DNA of 63,888 bases, filler included, from Octopus bimaculoides (GCF_001194135.2; 10 parts of 9 records of this genome joined end to end with filler, not necessarily neighbours in it), one strand, 5' to 3'. Numbered from the whole stretch's first letter, positions 48,582 to 61,873 are shown. Notes: generated by a model from the sequence alone, not told the origin. Translations and numbers: made by a program.

Positions 48582-48595
48582 TAATAATAATAATT
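48311..48595. repeat. Compound microsatellite (TTG)n(TTA)n..(TAC)n(TAA)n
   Basis: Directly visible. Confidence 0.95.
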
Positions 48596-48676
48596 TGCAT
48601 TATCGTCCAATGCTCGGAATTGAGAAATTCGTCTATGAGTGAATTTCATATTCACATAATAAATATACATATACGT

Positions 48677-48774
<98 letters not shown>

Positions 48775-49063
48775 ATGTATATGTATCTATGTATTTGTAT
48801 ATGTTTATATATATACATATATATATATGTATATATATACACACACGCATATATATATGTATATATATAGCACATTGTTTACATATGCATGCAGTACACA
48901 CATACACAAATAGGCATATGTATGTATATACACATATTTGTGTGCATGTCTGTATACAAACATAAATATATATTAACGTTTGCTTTTATGTAGTTATAAA
49001 TAAAGAAACTGTCCATTAAATTGATGGATTATTCAATGCTTTTTCTTTCTTCTATTTTTTTAG

Positions 49064-49138
49064 AGTACGATATTTATCAATTTTTACAAAGAACAGTTCG
49101 ACAGTGATTTCGAAGTTTTGGCATCTATTTTGCATCAG
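49064..49138 (+). CDS. Candidate internal exon
   Basis: Long pyrimidine tract plus TAG acceptor, CAG|GTTATG donor, 75 nt; frame 0 reads STIFINFYKEQFDSDFEVLASILHQ. Confidence 0.35.
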
Positions 49139-49632
49139 GTTATGGTTTACTTTCGCTTTCAAGCCTAATTTATAGTAGCTAGATGGATGAAGGTAGAACT
49201 AGGTATAATGTAAGCTTGTTAGTAGGAAGGAGAATCGATAGGACACACGATTTTCCAGTTCATTTCTTACCAGGTGGCGTTTCGTGACACACCAGGGCAC
49301 TTCTTTTCAGGTTGGGTTGTTCCAATCCAAAATGAGAACCACTGGTAGCTAGGGGATTTAAACCTGTAACAGACTAAGTTTCCATTCACGAAGGTCAGGT
49401 TGTCTTGTACACTCAAACATCTGTAAAAGAACTGAACAGGCACTCAGCTTCTACTCATATTCAGCTTAGCAAAAAGGAGCAGAGTAACATAAAACAAGGA
49501 CACAGCAACACGTCACCCGGTCCAGGAATCAAGTCAAGTTTGTGAGCCCAACACCAGCACATACTTATGTGCATGTACTTATATTTGTATAAAAATATAC
49601 CCGTTAACGCACACACACACACACACACACAC

Positions 49633-49671
<39 letters not shown>

Positions 49672-50599
49672 CAGACAGATAGATGTGTGTCTATATATCT
49701 TCCCCCTCTCTTACATCCACCTTCCCCTTCTCCCTCCTCGTCAACACCCCCTCATAAGCTCATCCCACCACACCCCAACACACTCCTACTCTACCTTCCC
49801 ACTCCACCCAATTCCTTACACCCACCACCCACCCCTACCCACATACCCCACCCTACNNNNNNNNNNNNNNNNNNNNNNNNNNNNNNNNNNNNNNNNNNNN
49901 NNNNNNNNNNNNNNNNNNNNNNNNNNNNNNNNNNNNNNNNNNNNNNNNNNNNNNNNNNNNNNNNNNNNNNNNNNNNNNNNNNNNNNNNNNNNNNNNNNNN
50001 NNNNNNNNNNNNNNNNNNNNNNNNNNNNNNNNNNNNNNNNNNNNNNNNNNNNNNNNNNNNNNNNNNNNNNNNNNNNNNNNNNNNNNNNNNNNNNNNNNNN
50101 NNNNNNNNNNNNNNNNNNNNNNNNNNNNNNNNNNNNNNNNNNNNNNNNNNNNNNNNNNNNNNNNNNNNNNNNNNNNNNNNNNNNNNNNNNNNNNNNNNNN
50201 NNNNNNNNNNNNNNNNNNNNNNNNNNNNNNNNNNNNNNNNNNNNNNNNNNNNNNNNNNNNNNNNNNNNNNNNNNNNNNNNNNNNNNNNNNNNNNNNNNNN
50301 NNNNNNNNNNNNNNNNNNNNNNNNNNNNNNNNNNNNNNNNNNNNNNNNNNNNNNNNNNNNNNNNNNNNNNNNNNNNNNNNNNNNNNNNNNNNNNNNNNNN
50401 NNNNNNNNNNNNNNNNNNNNNNNNNNNNNNNNNNNNNNNNNNNNNNNNNNNNNNNNNNNNNNNNNNNNNNNNNNNNNNNNNNNNNNNNNNNNTATGTATG
50501 TATGTATATAACGATTTACTTTTCGTAATGAGATAAAAAAAACCAAGGCTGTGTACATTATAGAACATTTATAAATAAAAGGTCTTACATCTGTTTCAG

Positions 50600-50642
50600 G
50601 ATATTTATTATATCCCTTCATCGGAGACGGTGTGAGAGGATG
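50600..50642 (+). CDS. Candidate exon (frame uncertain)
   Basis: CTGTTTCAG acceptor; frame 0 DIYYIPSSETV*, phase-1 frame YLLYPFIGDGVRG to a weak ATG|GTTAAG donor. Confidence 0.25.
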
Positions 50643-51628
50643 GTTAAGTAATATTTAACTTAGATAAGATAGGAAATAGAGAATGAATGCAGGGATATTG
50701 TATTTGCAAATCCATTGTTTAGGCACAGATATTTCAAGAAGCCGACAACCGTTATTGCGTAAGGTGGTTGGTCGTATTATGCAACATTAGAGCATCAGAA
50801 GCAGTCTTTACGTTATTTGTTAAGACTCTACGCCCTGCGTTCACATGCTGCCGATGTAAACTTTGTCTTTCATTCTTTTGCGGTAGATGTAGTACAGTAC
50901 CAGTCAAGTACTGAGGACGATGATCTGGCATTATCATCTCCGCACAAAGACTACTGGCTTTGTGCCTAAATTAGATATAATTATAGCTATTATTATTCTA
51001 TGTTAGTATATTAGTCATTTCAATTTGGTCTCAACCTGACGCCAATTTACATATTGAATTCTCCTTGTGCGAATTAAGAGTAATTTTCTAGATGGCTGTG
51101 TCTAAAGTTAAACATATTTTGACAACATAAAATGGTAAGGAAACTATGTGGCTTTTGTCTAAACACACCACTGATATTCATATATACTGCGGTACTGTGA
51201 TTCTCTCTCTCTCTCTCNNNNNNNNNNNNNNNNNNNNNNNNNNNNNNNNNNNNNNNNNNNNNNNNNNNNNNNNNNNNNNNNNNNNNNNNNNNNNNNNNNN
51301 NNNNNNNNNNNNNNNNNNNNNNNNNNNNNNNNNNNNNNNNNNNNNNNNNNNNNNNNNNNNNNNNNNNNNNNNNNNNNNNNNNNNNNNNNNNNNNNNNNNN
51401 NNNNNNNNNNNNNNNNNNNNNNNNNNNNNNNNNNNNNNNNNNNNNNNNNNNNNNNNNNNNNNNNNNNNNNNNNNNNNNNNNNNNNNNNNNNNNNNNNNNN
51501 NNNNNNNNNNNNNNNNNNNNNNNNNNNNNNNNNNNNNNNNNNNNNNNNNNNNNNNNNNNNNNNNNNNNNNNNNNNNNNNNNNNNNNNNNNNNNNNNNNNA
51601 TATATATACTTGTATATAAGTGTATATA

Positions 51629-52618
51629 CGAAGAGGTACGCAAAAATAACCCGATACATTTTCTGTGTATCAATCCTGCTGTAGTTCAGGCTTCCGCCGC
51701 TAGAAGCCACTTGATGCTATCCTCAGGCATCAGTATGCCGATCGGCGTCGTCAAGTACAGTCGTACTGCCACGTGGTACGTCTTTGTTTTGCAGTCTTCT
51801 CCTGTGTCCCGTGTCCTTCGAAAAAAAGTCCGGTTCTACTTCCAGCTGTTCTTTCAGTTCATGACACTCATTCAGTCATGAATGCTTTTGATCTTCCGGG
51901 AGCAAGCGATGGCTGAAATGAATGGACAGCGTGCTTCTGTGGAATTCTGTTTTCTGCTGAGAAAAACGGTGGCCGAAACAGTTGTCATGCTTCAAACAGT
52001 TTACAAGGACGCTGTCATGAGCAAAACACAAGTTTACGAGTGGTCTTTCACGCTTTAGGAATGGCCACTTGTCACTTGATGACAAACCTCATTCAGGGTG
52101 AAAGGCGACCTCTTGAACGAATGAAGACATCATGAAAATTAATGAACTGATCTTGGAGGACCATTACCGAACAATTGACGAACTTTGTTATGACTAGTGT
52201 TTCCTGGAACTCCTGCCAATGAATTTTGAGCGAGGGATTGTGAATAAAATGAGTTGCAAAAAAATGTGTGCCTCGTTTGCTCCCGGAAGATCAAAAGCAT
52301 TCCCGACTGAATGAGTATCATGAACTGAACGAACAGCTGGAAGTCGATACGGACATTTTTTCGAAGAACATTACTGGCGAGGAAATCTGTTGCTACAGAA
52401 TTTGCAATTGTGTAAGAGGTGAAGAGAAAAACCGACGGAGACGTTAAAAGCATCACTTCGCAAGAATTCCAGCACTGCTTCGAACAGTGGAAAACGCGTC
52501 TAGATCAATGCATCGATTCAAATGGAGTATAATTTGAAGGTGATAAAAGTGCAAACATGTAAAATTAAGTGAATAAAATAATATTGCAAAATTCTGGTTT
52601 CTTTCAGGTACCTCCTCG
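51629..52618 (+). mobile_element. Mariner transposon with both TIRs, internally deleted
   Basis: TA|CGAAGAGGTACGCAAAAATAACC ... GGTTTCTTTCAGGTACCTCCTCG|TA; QRASVEFCFLL..KTVAETVVML..KTQVYEW N-terminus; D..D catalytic region largely missing. Confidence 0.85.
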
Positions 52619-53015
52619 TACATGTACGTACATATACACATATGTATATGTGTGTATATATGTTTGTGCATGCGCGTGATGTGTGAGAAACAAACATGAA
52701 GTTACATAGAACAATGTTACCAAACATGATTAATATTCACTCAGAGAGCACATTTCTAAAGGCCGTCGGAGCTATATCGTTATATCTGTTCAACTAACGA
52801 GAAGGAATAACAAACAGATCGAACAAACATATGGAATACATGTGAGAAGCTGCCTTGCGATATCCATACATACATACACATATATGTATACATGAGCGTG
52901 TATGAGCATGTGTATGTGTGTGTGTGTATTGTGTGTGTATTGTGTGTGTATGTATATATATATATATATATATGCCGCTGGCGATTTCTCTTTCTTTAGG
53001 CTTTTCCCTTTCTCC

Positions 53016-53048
53016 TTTCCGACGAAGATCTATGCTCGAAACGTCAAA
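53016..53048 (+). ncRNA. Degenerate minimal hammerhead of a second family
   Basis: UUU-CCGACGA-A-GAUC(UAU)GCUC-GAAACGUC|AAA; U4 is changed to C and helix II has one mismatch. Confidence 0.45.
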
Positions 53049-53177
53049 CGCTCTCCTTTCACCGAGTGTCAAGCTAATACACTTCTTGTGTTCGTCCTCG
53101 CGTTCGTTTCTTCTTTTTTTCGTTTTTTATTCGTTTATTTGAATTGACTACACACACACACTCACNNNNNNNNNNNN

Positions 53178-53231
<54 letters not shown>

Positions 53232-53310
53232 TTATATAGGACAGGAATGGGGATGCAAAAAGGAAAAGTACAACTCAAAATGTGTGTATATGTGTATTTT
53301 TATTAATATC

Positions 53311-53424
53311 TAGCAGAAGTAACAGAGTGATTCAAGGTCCGAGGGTTTCGTGCGTTGCCACATAGATTGATAAGGGGTAAAGCACAAAACTCTCGGATGT
53401 TGAATCACTCTGTTGCTTCTGCTA
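53311..53424. repeat. 114-nt near-perfect inverted repeat (MITE or hairpin RNA)
   Basis: TAGCAGAAGTAACAGAGTGATTCAA..TCCGAGGGTTTCGTGC / GCACAAAACTCTCGGA..TTGAATCACTCTGTTGCTTCTGCTA; 28-nt loop; TA at both ends. Confidence 0.8.
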
Positions 53425-55269
53425 AGTGTGTGTATGTTGCGCGCGCGCGTATGTGTGTGTGTGTGTGTATTTAACTTTGTCTTTGAAATTTATGCAATTG
53501 ACATTCTTCTGTTGTTTCCCTTCGGTTTTATGCTGATGAGGCCAATAACCGAAGCATTGTCCCGCGAATGCAGCAAATACTAGATTAACTTTTTTTGGCA
53601 CATAAATAAAACCATGAAATTTACTATTCTTTCCTTGAAATTATCTCCTCTTCTTTAGAGACGCCAACCAAGATTGAAGTGTTCCTAGTATTCGTAATGA
53701 ATTCCATATACTGACATTAATGACGTAGTGTGTGTTGGTTTAATCTAAGGCTTTAATAATTAGTGATTTGGGTATCGAAAGAGAAAATTTGGCAATATCG
53801 AAATGAGTGAATATACGCTCACTTTAGTCAATGCTATCATTAAACGAGAAAATGGCGATGTTACTGTGGTTCTTGTGATGAAGGTTGTTGACATTTTTAA
53901 TTGTATCTTGCAAGTCATTTAAAATGTCTTTCGTAATTAATCCGATCTCACTCTTGAGATTAATCTGTGTTTTGGATTAGAGGCGGCTTAGAAGACCAGC
54001 GAAGTAAAATGTCGTAAGTACGACAACACTTTTCAGAAATAAACTAAATTCTGATATCATGTACATTAAGAAATCCGATAAAACGAAAAAATATTTATGA
54101 ATTAGCTAAAGATATGTAGAGTGCCACTACAGAAGACTACAGAAAAGTTAACTTGCATATTTATAAATGCGTAAACAAACGAGGCAGCAGATTACAGTGC
54201 TTAACCAAACACGAAACATACATCACTTTCAAAGATCACAGAACTACAGGTTAATGAAGGCCATAAAGAGTGAGGTCGATTAATTATCGCGCACATTTTA
54301 ATAAGATTGATGACAGAACTAAGAAAGCGTCAACTTTCGTTAATGAAACAAGAGTAACACAGTGGTCATCTGGTTTAAAATTATCAATAGGTCGCTCAAA
54401 ATAAGTACCAGATACACACTGGAGTCAAAATAAATTGAAACCTGTAATCAGTGCCAAAGTAAGAATGCATTATTATTATTATCATGATACATTTCTATAG
54501 TCAATATTTCTTGTGGATTGGTTAGAAAAGAAAAGAAAACGTAAAGTTTCAGACGCTGTTAAGTGGAAGTAGAGATGTTCCACCTTGATAGGATATTTGG
54601 CCGAATACTTCTAACAGACTTGACTCTATTAAACAGACTCAAAACTAAGAAGTTGTATCATGTGCTATTTCAAGTTTACCACCTTTGAAGAGGTAGATTC
54701 TACCCGACTTGCTTTGCATAATTTCTATTTCTCCAGTTTCATTCACTTGTGCCGAAGATAACTGTCAAAGATTCCATGCATTAGATTAAATCTGCAACCA
54801 CATGACTACCTTTCTCATTTCTTAATCCCATTTCCGTGCATGTACAAAATGATCCCAACATTATATGCATGTATTTATGTATGTATGTATGTGTCTGTCT
54901 ATCTATCCATTTACCTGTCTATCTACTTATTTAACTATCTATCTGTATNNNNNNNNNNNNNNNNNNNNNNNNNNNNNNNNNNNNNNNNNNNNNNNNNNNN
55001 NNNNNNNNNNNNNNNNNNNNNNNNNNNNNNNNNNNNNNNNNNNNNNNNNNNNNNNNNNNNNNNNNNNNNNNNNNNNNNNNNNNNNNNNNNNNNNNNNNNN
55101 NNNNNNNNNNNNNNNNNNNNNNNNNNNNNNNNNNNNNNNNNNNNNNNNNNNNNNNNNNNNNNNNNNNNTATATATAATATTTATATACACATATATGTAT
55201 ATATAAAATGTACACACACACATACACATAAAAAATATATATGTAATGCATGTATTATATGAATGTATA

Positions 55270-56680
55270 TATGTGTGTGTGGAACGTTACATGTTTTCTG
55301 AAGAGAAGTATGGTGAGTTGGAAAACTGAGCTGACGTCGTACAAACAAAGCTTGAACATTCTGGGCATCAGGGGGGGACTTTTCCACGGCGATAATTGAT
55401 TCCCATAGCCTTTTTGTACTTTGCTTGATCCCTCTACCTTGGTACTGAGGAAAGTGAACCTGGGATATTAGTTCAAGGGAGAAACACAAAAATTCAACCA
55501 TGTCTTCATGGAGGATCTGAAGCCGTATTGCAAAGATGAGGTCCAGGTAAGTTCCAAGGCAAACATGGTCCATTGTTTTAGTGTTGATGTTACGGTGGAA
55601 TTCGAAGTTATGAAGTGCAGTATAATGAACCTCAGAATAGGCAAGGTATGTTCCTGGCATGGATAGAATTACCAAGTAGAGACGTAATGAAGCCAATTGA
55701 AAAGGAAGGGCATAAGTACCTTGACATACTAGGATTCAATGAAATCATGGAAATGAAATTGAAAGAACGGCTGAGGAAATAATAATATTTCCGAAGACTA
55801 AGATTGGTGCTGCACTCAAAATTGACTAAATGGAATAAAATCCAAGTAGTAAATACATGGAATCATAAACTGGGAAAAGAAAGAACTTATAAGCCTGGAT
55901 ACAAAAAGACGGAAGCTGTTGACAGTATACGGAGTATTCCATCACAAGCGTGACACTCATAGGGTGTACTTGTCCAGAAGAAAGTGTGGGAGAGGTTTAA
56001 TCAGTTGTCAGGAGTGTGTTGAAGCAGTGGAAAATAGTTAGGGTGGCATGCTGAAAATGCCGTGGAACTGTTGTTAATGCATGTGAAGAAGTCCGGCATC
56101 ATCAAAATTGATAATTGTGCTAAAAAAAGGAAATTCTAAAAAGAAAATGAACACAAAAAAGAAATCGCATGGAAAGAAAAAAATATACGGTCAGTTTGCA
56201 AGAGATTCGAGTTCCAAGATAGAAGGGCGGAGGAGTGAAGATAGAAACAGAAGCACTTATATCTGTATCACAAGAACAAGCGTCAAGGACTGACTATGTG
56301 AAGTGCGGAACTGATGACACAACTGAGGACGGCAAAAGCAGAATGTATGGTGAAAATGTGTGGCATATTATTAGGGAATGCCTGAAATTGACACAACGCA
56401 AATACAAAGGACACGACAACGTGTCAAGAATCTTCCATTGGGAGCTCTGTGGAAATTATGACCTAGAAAGGTCAGAGGTGTGGTATGACCACATTTCACA
56501 GAGAATTACTGAGAATGAAGATCGCAGAATCCTATGGGATGCAATGAGTCTGTGTGACCATCAGATCAGCCGTCGGAAATCTGATATTGTCGTCGTGAAA
56601 AATGAAAAAATATCGTTGGTAATCGACATAACATCCTGGTGACAAGAGGATCGAAGAGAAAGAAGAAAAAGTGGTTTTCT
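55270..56680 (+). mobile_element. R4/Dong non-LTR element, decayed RT plus CCHC plus REL
   Basis: Remnants of GIFQGDSLSPL, NHVFMEDLK, HKYL, RRLRLVLHSKL, YLSRRKCGRGL, ETEALI..QEQ, HDNVSRIFHWELC and RRKSDIVVV. Confidence 0.85.
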
Positions 56681-57189
56681 TTTCACCTGGAATAATTTCA
56701 AGAAAGGAATCTTTTCATAAATCAAATTTCAACAAGCACCTTTGGTCTCCTACTACACATTCTTCAGTTTTAGAATCATAGTTCTGACTTTTCCGTTTCC
56801 ATATATCTTTAAGAGAAATATTATGGATTGTACGAGTAACAATGTCGATTCTATATAACGTTCGTTAATTTATTTTCCTTAGACCCTTGTATAAATACTT
56901 AAAATCTGATTAGTTGTTAAAATACCGTAAGATATTTTTTGCTTGGCTTGTTTTTCCAAACACTGCTGCAATTTGATACTTGTACCATTTTACAGTGACT
57001 TCTGAATCATGTTTTCGACGCAATTTCAAAATGAAAGTTTGAGCTCACTTTTGTATTTTTTCTGAAACTACATTTTTCAACCACTGAACAAGTGTTTACA
57101 CTTCTACTTTTTATTCTTTCGAAGCATAACGGTTATAAAGAAAGGGTTTCTCATTTCTTGTCACATTTTTATTAAGCTCTGTGAGGTCT

Positions 57190-57460
57190 TTAGAGATGCA
57201 GGGGCAGGGTAGCGATCGCAGACAAGGCAGTGTTCCATAATATGGTCTGCTTCTTCACATTCATAGGTGATTTTGTAGTCCTATTTGACCAAAGCAACTC
57301 ATGATCGACTCGTTCTTGAGTTCGTGTAATTGAGTGATTTCCAATGATTCCATGGTGCTTCTGGGACAGAGGGGAGCTCTTCAACTGGGAGTGGGATTCC
57401 ACGTCATTTGGAGGTGGGTCGTCCTCAAGCTTTTCCAACAAGAGCTGATAATATAAACGC
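57190..57460 (-). mobile_element. Ingi/I-group-like LINE 3' fragment
   Basis: WKSLN..RTSRS..ALVK..YECEEADHIMEHCLVC resembles the WxTLNRLRT..CxCxE..H..C C-terminus. Confidence 0.45.
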
Positions 57461-57470
57461 TTCCAAGTGT

Positions 57471-57558
<88 letters not shown>

Positions 57559-58219
57559 GACAGACAGACAGACAGACAGAAAATTCTCTTTGTATGTATG
57601 TGTGCGTGTGTGTTTGTGAGTTTCTGTGTGCATGTATTAAAATGTTGACGATGACCACGAAGTCAATTGCAAGTTATATTTTTAAATTTATTTTTGTATT
57701 CAACAACTAATTTATATAATAAATGTATAATCAGATCAAAGACTGCAAAACAAATATAACGAGTACAAAGAAACAGAAAAGTTTAAAAACTATAATTTTC
57801 AAAGACTAACAATTAAAATAGAAGTTGACCAAAAACCGAAACAAAGTAAATATTATAAGAGCTGAATGCATTACGAAGATGATCTTGACAAATTTACTAT
57901 AAAGATGACGAAATAACCAGAAATTATAGCAGTGCTTCAATTTGTTTGATACCACACAAGTGTAAGACTCTGATGAAAATAGATTCTATGAAAACAAGGT
58001 TATAAAAATGGGATTTATTTTAATATTTACAGGGTTAAACAAGAGTAGTTTGTCATGTCTGTTGTTTTCTAAACAGCGTTATATAATACGGGTATCATGG
58101 TAACATTAATCTTGAAGAAATTTCTTTTCCTTCTTCGATTGTTTTCCTCTTATTAGAATTTCTGTTCACTGTGGGCATAAACCAACCAGCATTACACACA
58201 GAACTTGGTAAATTTCGTC

Positions 58220-58233
58220 CTCAGAATCTTCGC

Positions 58234-58268
<35 letters not shown>

Positions 58269-58432
58269 TCACTCTCTCTCTCCTTATCTCTCTCTCTCTC
58301 TCCTTATCTCTCTCCTCTCTCTCTCTCCTCTCNNNNNNNNNNNNNNNNNNNNNNNNNNNNNNNNNNNNNNNNNNNNTTAATTAATTAANNNNNNNNNNNN
58401 NNNNNNNNNNNNNNNNNNNNNNNNNNNNNNNN

Positions 58433-58474
<42 letters not shown>

Positions 58475-59096
58475 ACAGACAGGTAAAGAGAGAGGGTGAG
58501 AGAATAGAGGGAGAAAGAGAGAGATGTTGACAGATAGAGAAAAAAGAGAGAGAGAGTAAAAGAGAGAAAGTAAAAGAGAGAGAGAGGGGGAAAGAAAGAA
58601 CGGGAGAGAGAAACATAGAAAGAGGGAGATTAGAACAAGAAGAGAGAGAGAGAGATTAAGAGAGAAAGAGAAAGAAAGAGAGACAGAGAAATAGACCATC
58701 AGAGAGAAAGAGAGTGAGAGAGAGAGAGAGAGGCAGACAAACAGATGAAGTGTTTGAGAAAGAAACAGTAAGAGAGAGAGAGAAAGAGATATATAGAGAG
58801 AGAGAGAAAAAGAGAGAGAGAGAGTGAGAGAGAGATAGTGAGAGAAAGACAGACTGGCGAAGAAATAGAGAAAGAAACAGTAAGAGAGAGAGAGAGAGAG
58901 AAAGTGAGAGAGAAAAGAGAGAGGAAAAGACAGACGAAGAAATAGGAAAAGAGAGATATATAGGAAAGGAGAGATATATAGAGAAAGTGAGAGAGAGAGA
59001 GAGAGAGAGAGAAGAAGAGATGGAGAAATTAATAGTGAAAGTAAGAGATATATAGAGAAAGTGAGAGAGAGAGAGAGAAAGAAAGAGAGGAAGAGA

Positions 59097-59145
<49 letters not shown>
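58220..59145. repeat. Polypurine/polypyrimidine (AG)n/(CT)n block
   Basis: CT-rich before the gap, about 700 bp AG-rich after it. Confidence 0.9.
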
Positions 59146-59237
59146 ATTTGTATGATGCAAATCTATTTTGTCGGTGCCGTTAGCCAGGAACAGAAGCGGT
59201 AAAGTAGTAAAAGCAGCAGCAGCAGCTATAGTAGTAA

Positions 59238-59273
<36 letters not shown>

Positions 59274-59983
59274 AAGAGACGGTGTTGGTGGTGGTGTCAG
59301 TTAAGGTTGTGTAATAGTGGCGAGGCGTTGTGATGGATATATCCAGTCGACCTTGTGCGAGCCTCATTCATCAATACCGCCTCCCCCCCTCCGTCTCTCT
59401 CCCTCCGCCCACTCCTACCCACCAAGCATCGTATCAGTCTGTCTGTCTNNNNNNNNNNNNNNNNNNNNNNNNNNNNNNNNNNNNNNNNNNNNTTAATTAA
59501 TTAANNNNNNNNNNNNNNNNNNNNNNNNNNNNNNNNNNNNNNNNNNNNAGAGATAGACAGGTAGATAATTGAGGGACGTGAATGGAATCAGTTCTCTAAA
59601 CATATGTCTGCCCCTATTTTTTATGTTTATGTACCTACTTGTACATACATATTAATTATGTACCAACATTTATCAATATACATATACATATACATACATA
59701 CATACGTATACATATATATATATACATGCACACACATATACACACACACACATTAATATATTTCAATGTTAGTCAGCTAGTGATCTAAAGGATACCAAAA
59801 TTGACCAATTCATTTTGTAACACCGACCGGAAGTAAGTAATAAACGAACAAAACAGATTCGCAATGTTTTTAAAGCTCAACCGTCAACAGTTGAATGCAG
59901 AATGGCAAAGTTGTATTCACTCACACGAATGGCATTCGTTAAATATACATAATTATGCAAGCATATACACATGTATATACGTA

Positions 59984-60027
<44 letters not shown>

Positions 60028-60034
60028 TGTGGAC

Positions 60035-60065
<31 letters not shown>

Positions 60066-60755
60066 NNNNNNNNNNNNNNNNNNNNNNNNNNNNNNNNNNN
60101 NNNNNNNNNNNNNNNNNNNNNNNNNNNNNNNNNNNNNNNNNNNNNNNNNNNNNNNNNNNNNNNNNNNNNNNNNNNNNNNNNNNNNNNNNNNNNNNNNNNN
60201 NNNNNNNNNNNNNNNNNNNNNNNNNNNNNNNNNNNNNNNNNNNNNNNNNNNNNNNNNNNNNNNNNNNNNNNNNNNNNNNNNNNNNNNNNNNNNNNNNNNN
60301 NNNNNNNNNNNNNNNNNNNNNNNNNNNNNNNNNNNNNNNNNNNNNNNNNNNNNNNNNNNNNNNNNNNNNNNNNNNNNNNNNNNNNNNNNNNNNNNNNNNN
60401 NNTTGTTTGAATTCACGTTATACGTATGTGTCCGTTTCTGTATTCGTATCTGTGTGTGTCTGTGTTTCAGGGCCCATTTCTTATGAATGCTCGGCGTATG
60501 AATGCGCCCTTTTTGTTTCTATTACTTGTTTCGGTCTCCGCCGTCGTTGTGGAGCTCTCGGTCAGCCCCGGATCAATGATCGAGTTAGCATAAACATACA
60601 AATGTTTTTCCAGCCGTGACCATTTCTGTCTTTGAATTGTACACTGCGTCCTTCTCTCCTCTAACGTTCCGCTTCCTTGGACTAAATTCTTCATAATTTT
60701 ATTTAACATGATTCTCCATTACTTATGATTACTTACATGATTCTCCATTACAATA

Positions 60756-60815
60756 AACCCAGAGCTTATTATATGAATCATGTATATAAATAATTCCTAT
60801 AATAAGCTCTGGGTT
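60756..60815. other. 60-nt hairpin with an 18-bp perfect stem
   Basis: AACCCAGAGCTTATTATA / TATAATAAGCTCTGGGTT, plus GAAT/ATTC and a 14-nt loop. Confidence 0.75.
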
Positions 60816-61299
60816 CCAAATCCACGCAAATGATTTAAATGGCCGGGGCCCTTAAACAGTCAGTAATTTTGGGTGATAGGGGATTAATCCCTAACATCAA
60901 CCCCAGTTTTTGGATGGCACTCTAATTTCTCGACCCCAGAGGCGCAAAAGCTAAGCTTGGAATGTTTATGAATTAACAGTATGAATAGGTAGAACAAGTA
61001 TTGCAAAGGAGTTCTCTGACGATTGCTCGATTCTGCCCGCTGGTTTTATGTATGTTTAACCTCCCTTTATATTATGTTCTACCTTCCAAATAAGGAGAGG
61101 ACACACGAGCTGATAAAAGATGTTATGATTTGATTGCTGTGGTTTCTGTCAAAGAATGGTGTGCACCTTCGTTTTCCCGTTGGAATCGGCCATTGGGATT
61201 TCTTGAGGAAGATCAGTGTGCTATTTCTTGCAGGATATTGGTTTGAAACGCAAACACCTGAAGAAAAAGAAAGCTACTAAATAAATAGAATGGAGGAGG

Positions 61300-61530
61300 A
61301 GGGGAGGAGGAGAAGGAGGAGGAGGAGATCGAAGAAGAAGAAGGAGGAGGGGAGAAGATGAAGAAGGAGGAGGGGAGAAGATGAAGAAGGAGGAGGGGAG
61401 AAGATGAAGAAGGAGGAGGGGAGAAGATGAAGAAGGAGAAGATGAAAAAGGAAAAGAAGAAGAAAGAAACATAAAGAAGAAATAGAAGAAGAAAGAAATT
61501 AGAAGAAGAAGAAGAAGAAGAAGAAGGTAA
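61300..61530. repeat. 24-bp purine minisatellite grading into (GAA)n
   Basis: GAAGAAGGAGGAGGGGAGAAGAT(G) repeated about 4-5 times. Confidence 0.85.
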
Positions 61531-61832
61531 GAAACGGATGATGGTGATGACGAGGTCTGCTTTGGGAATTAAGAGATCCAGAGTTATACGAGTGAGAAGA
61601 GAAGTTTTAGTCGCCAACGGTCACTGGTCAGTTTGCAATGGTCACTTATCTGTAAAAGGTTTATTAATACCGGACAGTTGTAAGCATTGCCTTCCATGGG
61701 CTTTGCCATACACTTTATTTGTTTCCGNNNNNNNNNNNNNNNNNNNNNNNNNNNNNNNNNNNNNNNNNNNNTTAATTAATTAANNNNNNNNNNNNNNNNN
61801 NNNNNNNNNNNNNNNNNNNNNNNNNNNTAATA

Positions 61833-61871
<39 letters not shown>

Positions 61872-61873
<2 letters not shown>

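Noticed and set aside
53530-53560. CUGAUGA-GG..CC-GAAG hammerhead-like string (similar partial strings near 20905-20930, 54685 and 57980)
   Set aside because: GAAA or the cleavage triplet is missing and helix I cannot form; not distinguishable from chance.
58220-59145. CT-to-AG switch as a giant inverted repeat
   Set aside because: The switch coincides with an assembly spacer, so the relative orientation is unverified.
59827-59840. CCGGAAGTAAGT as a promoter or donor
   Set aside because: Single short motif without supporting context.
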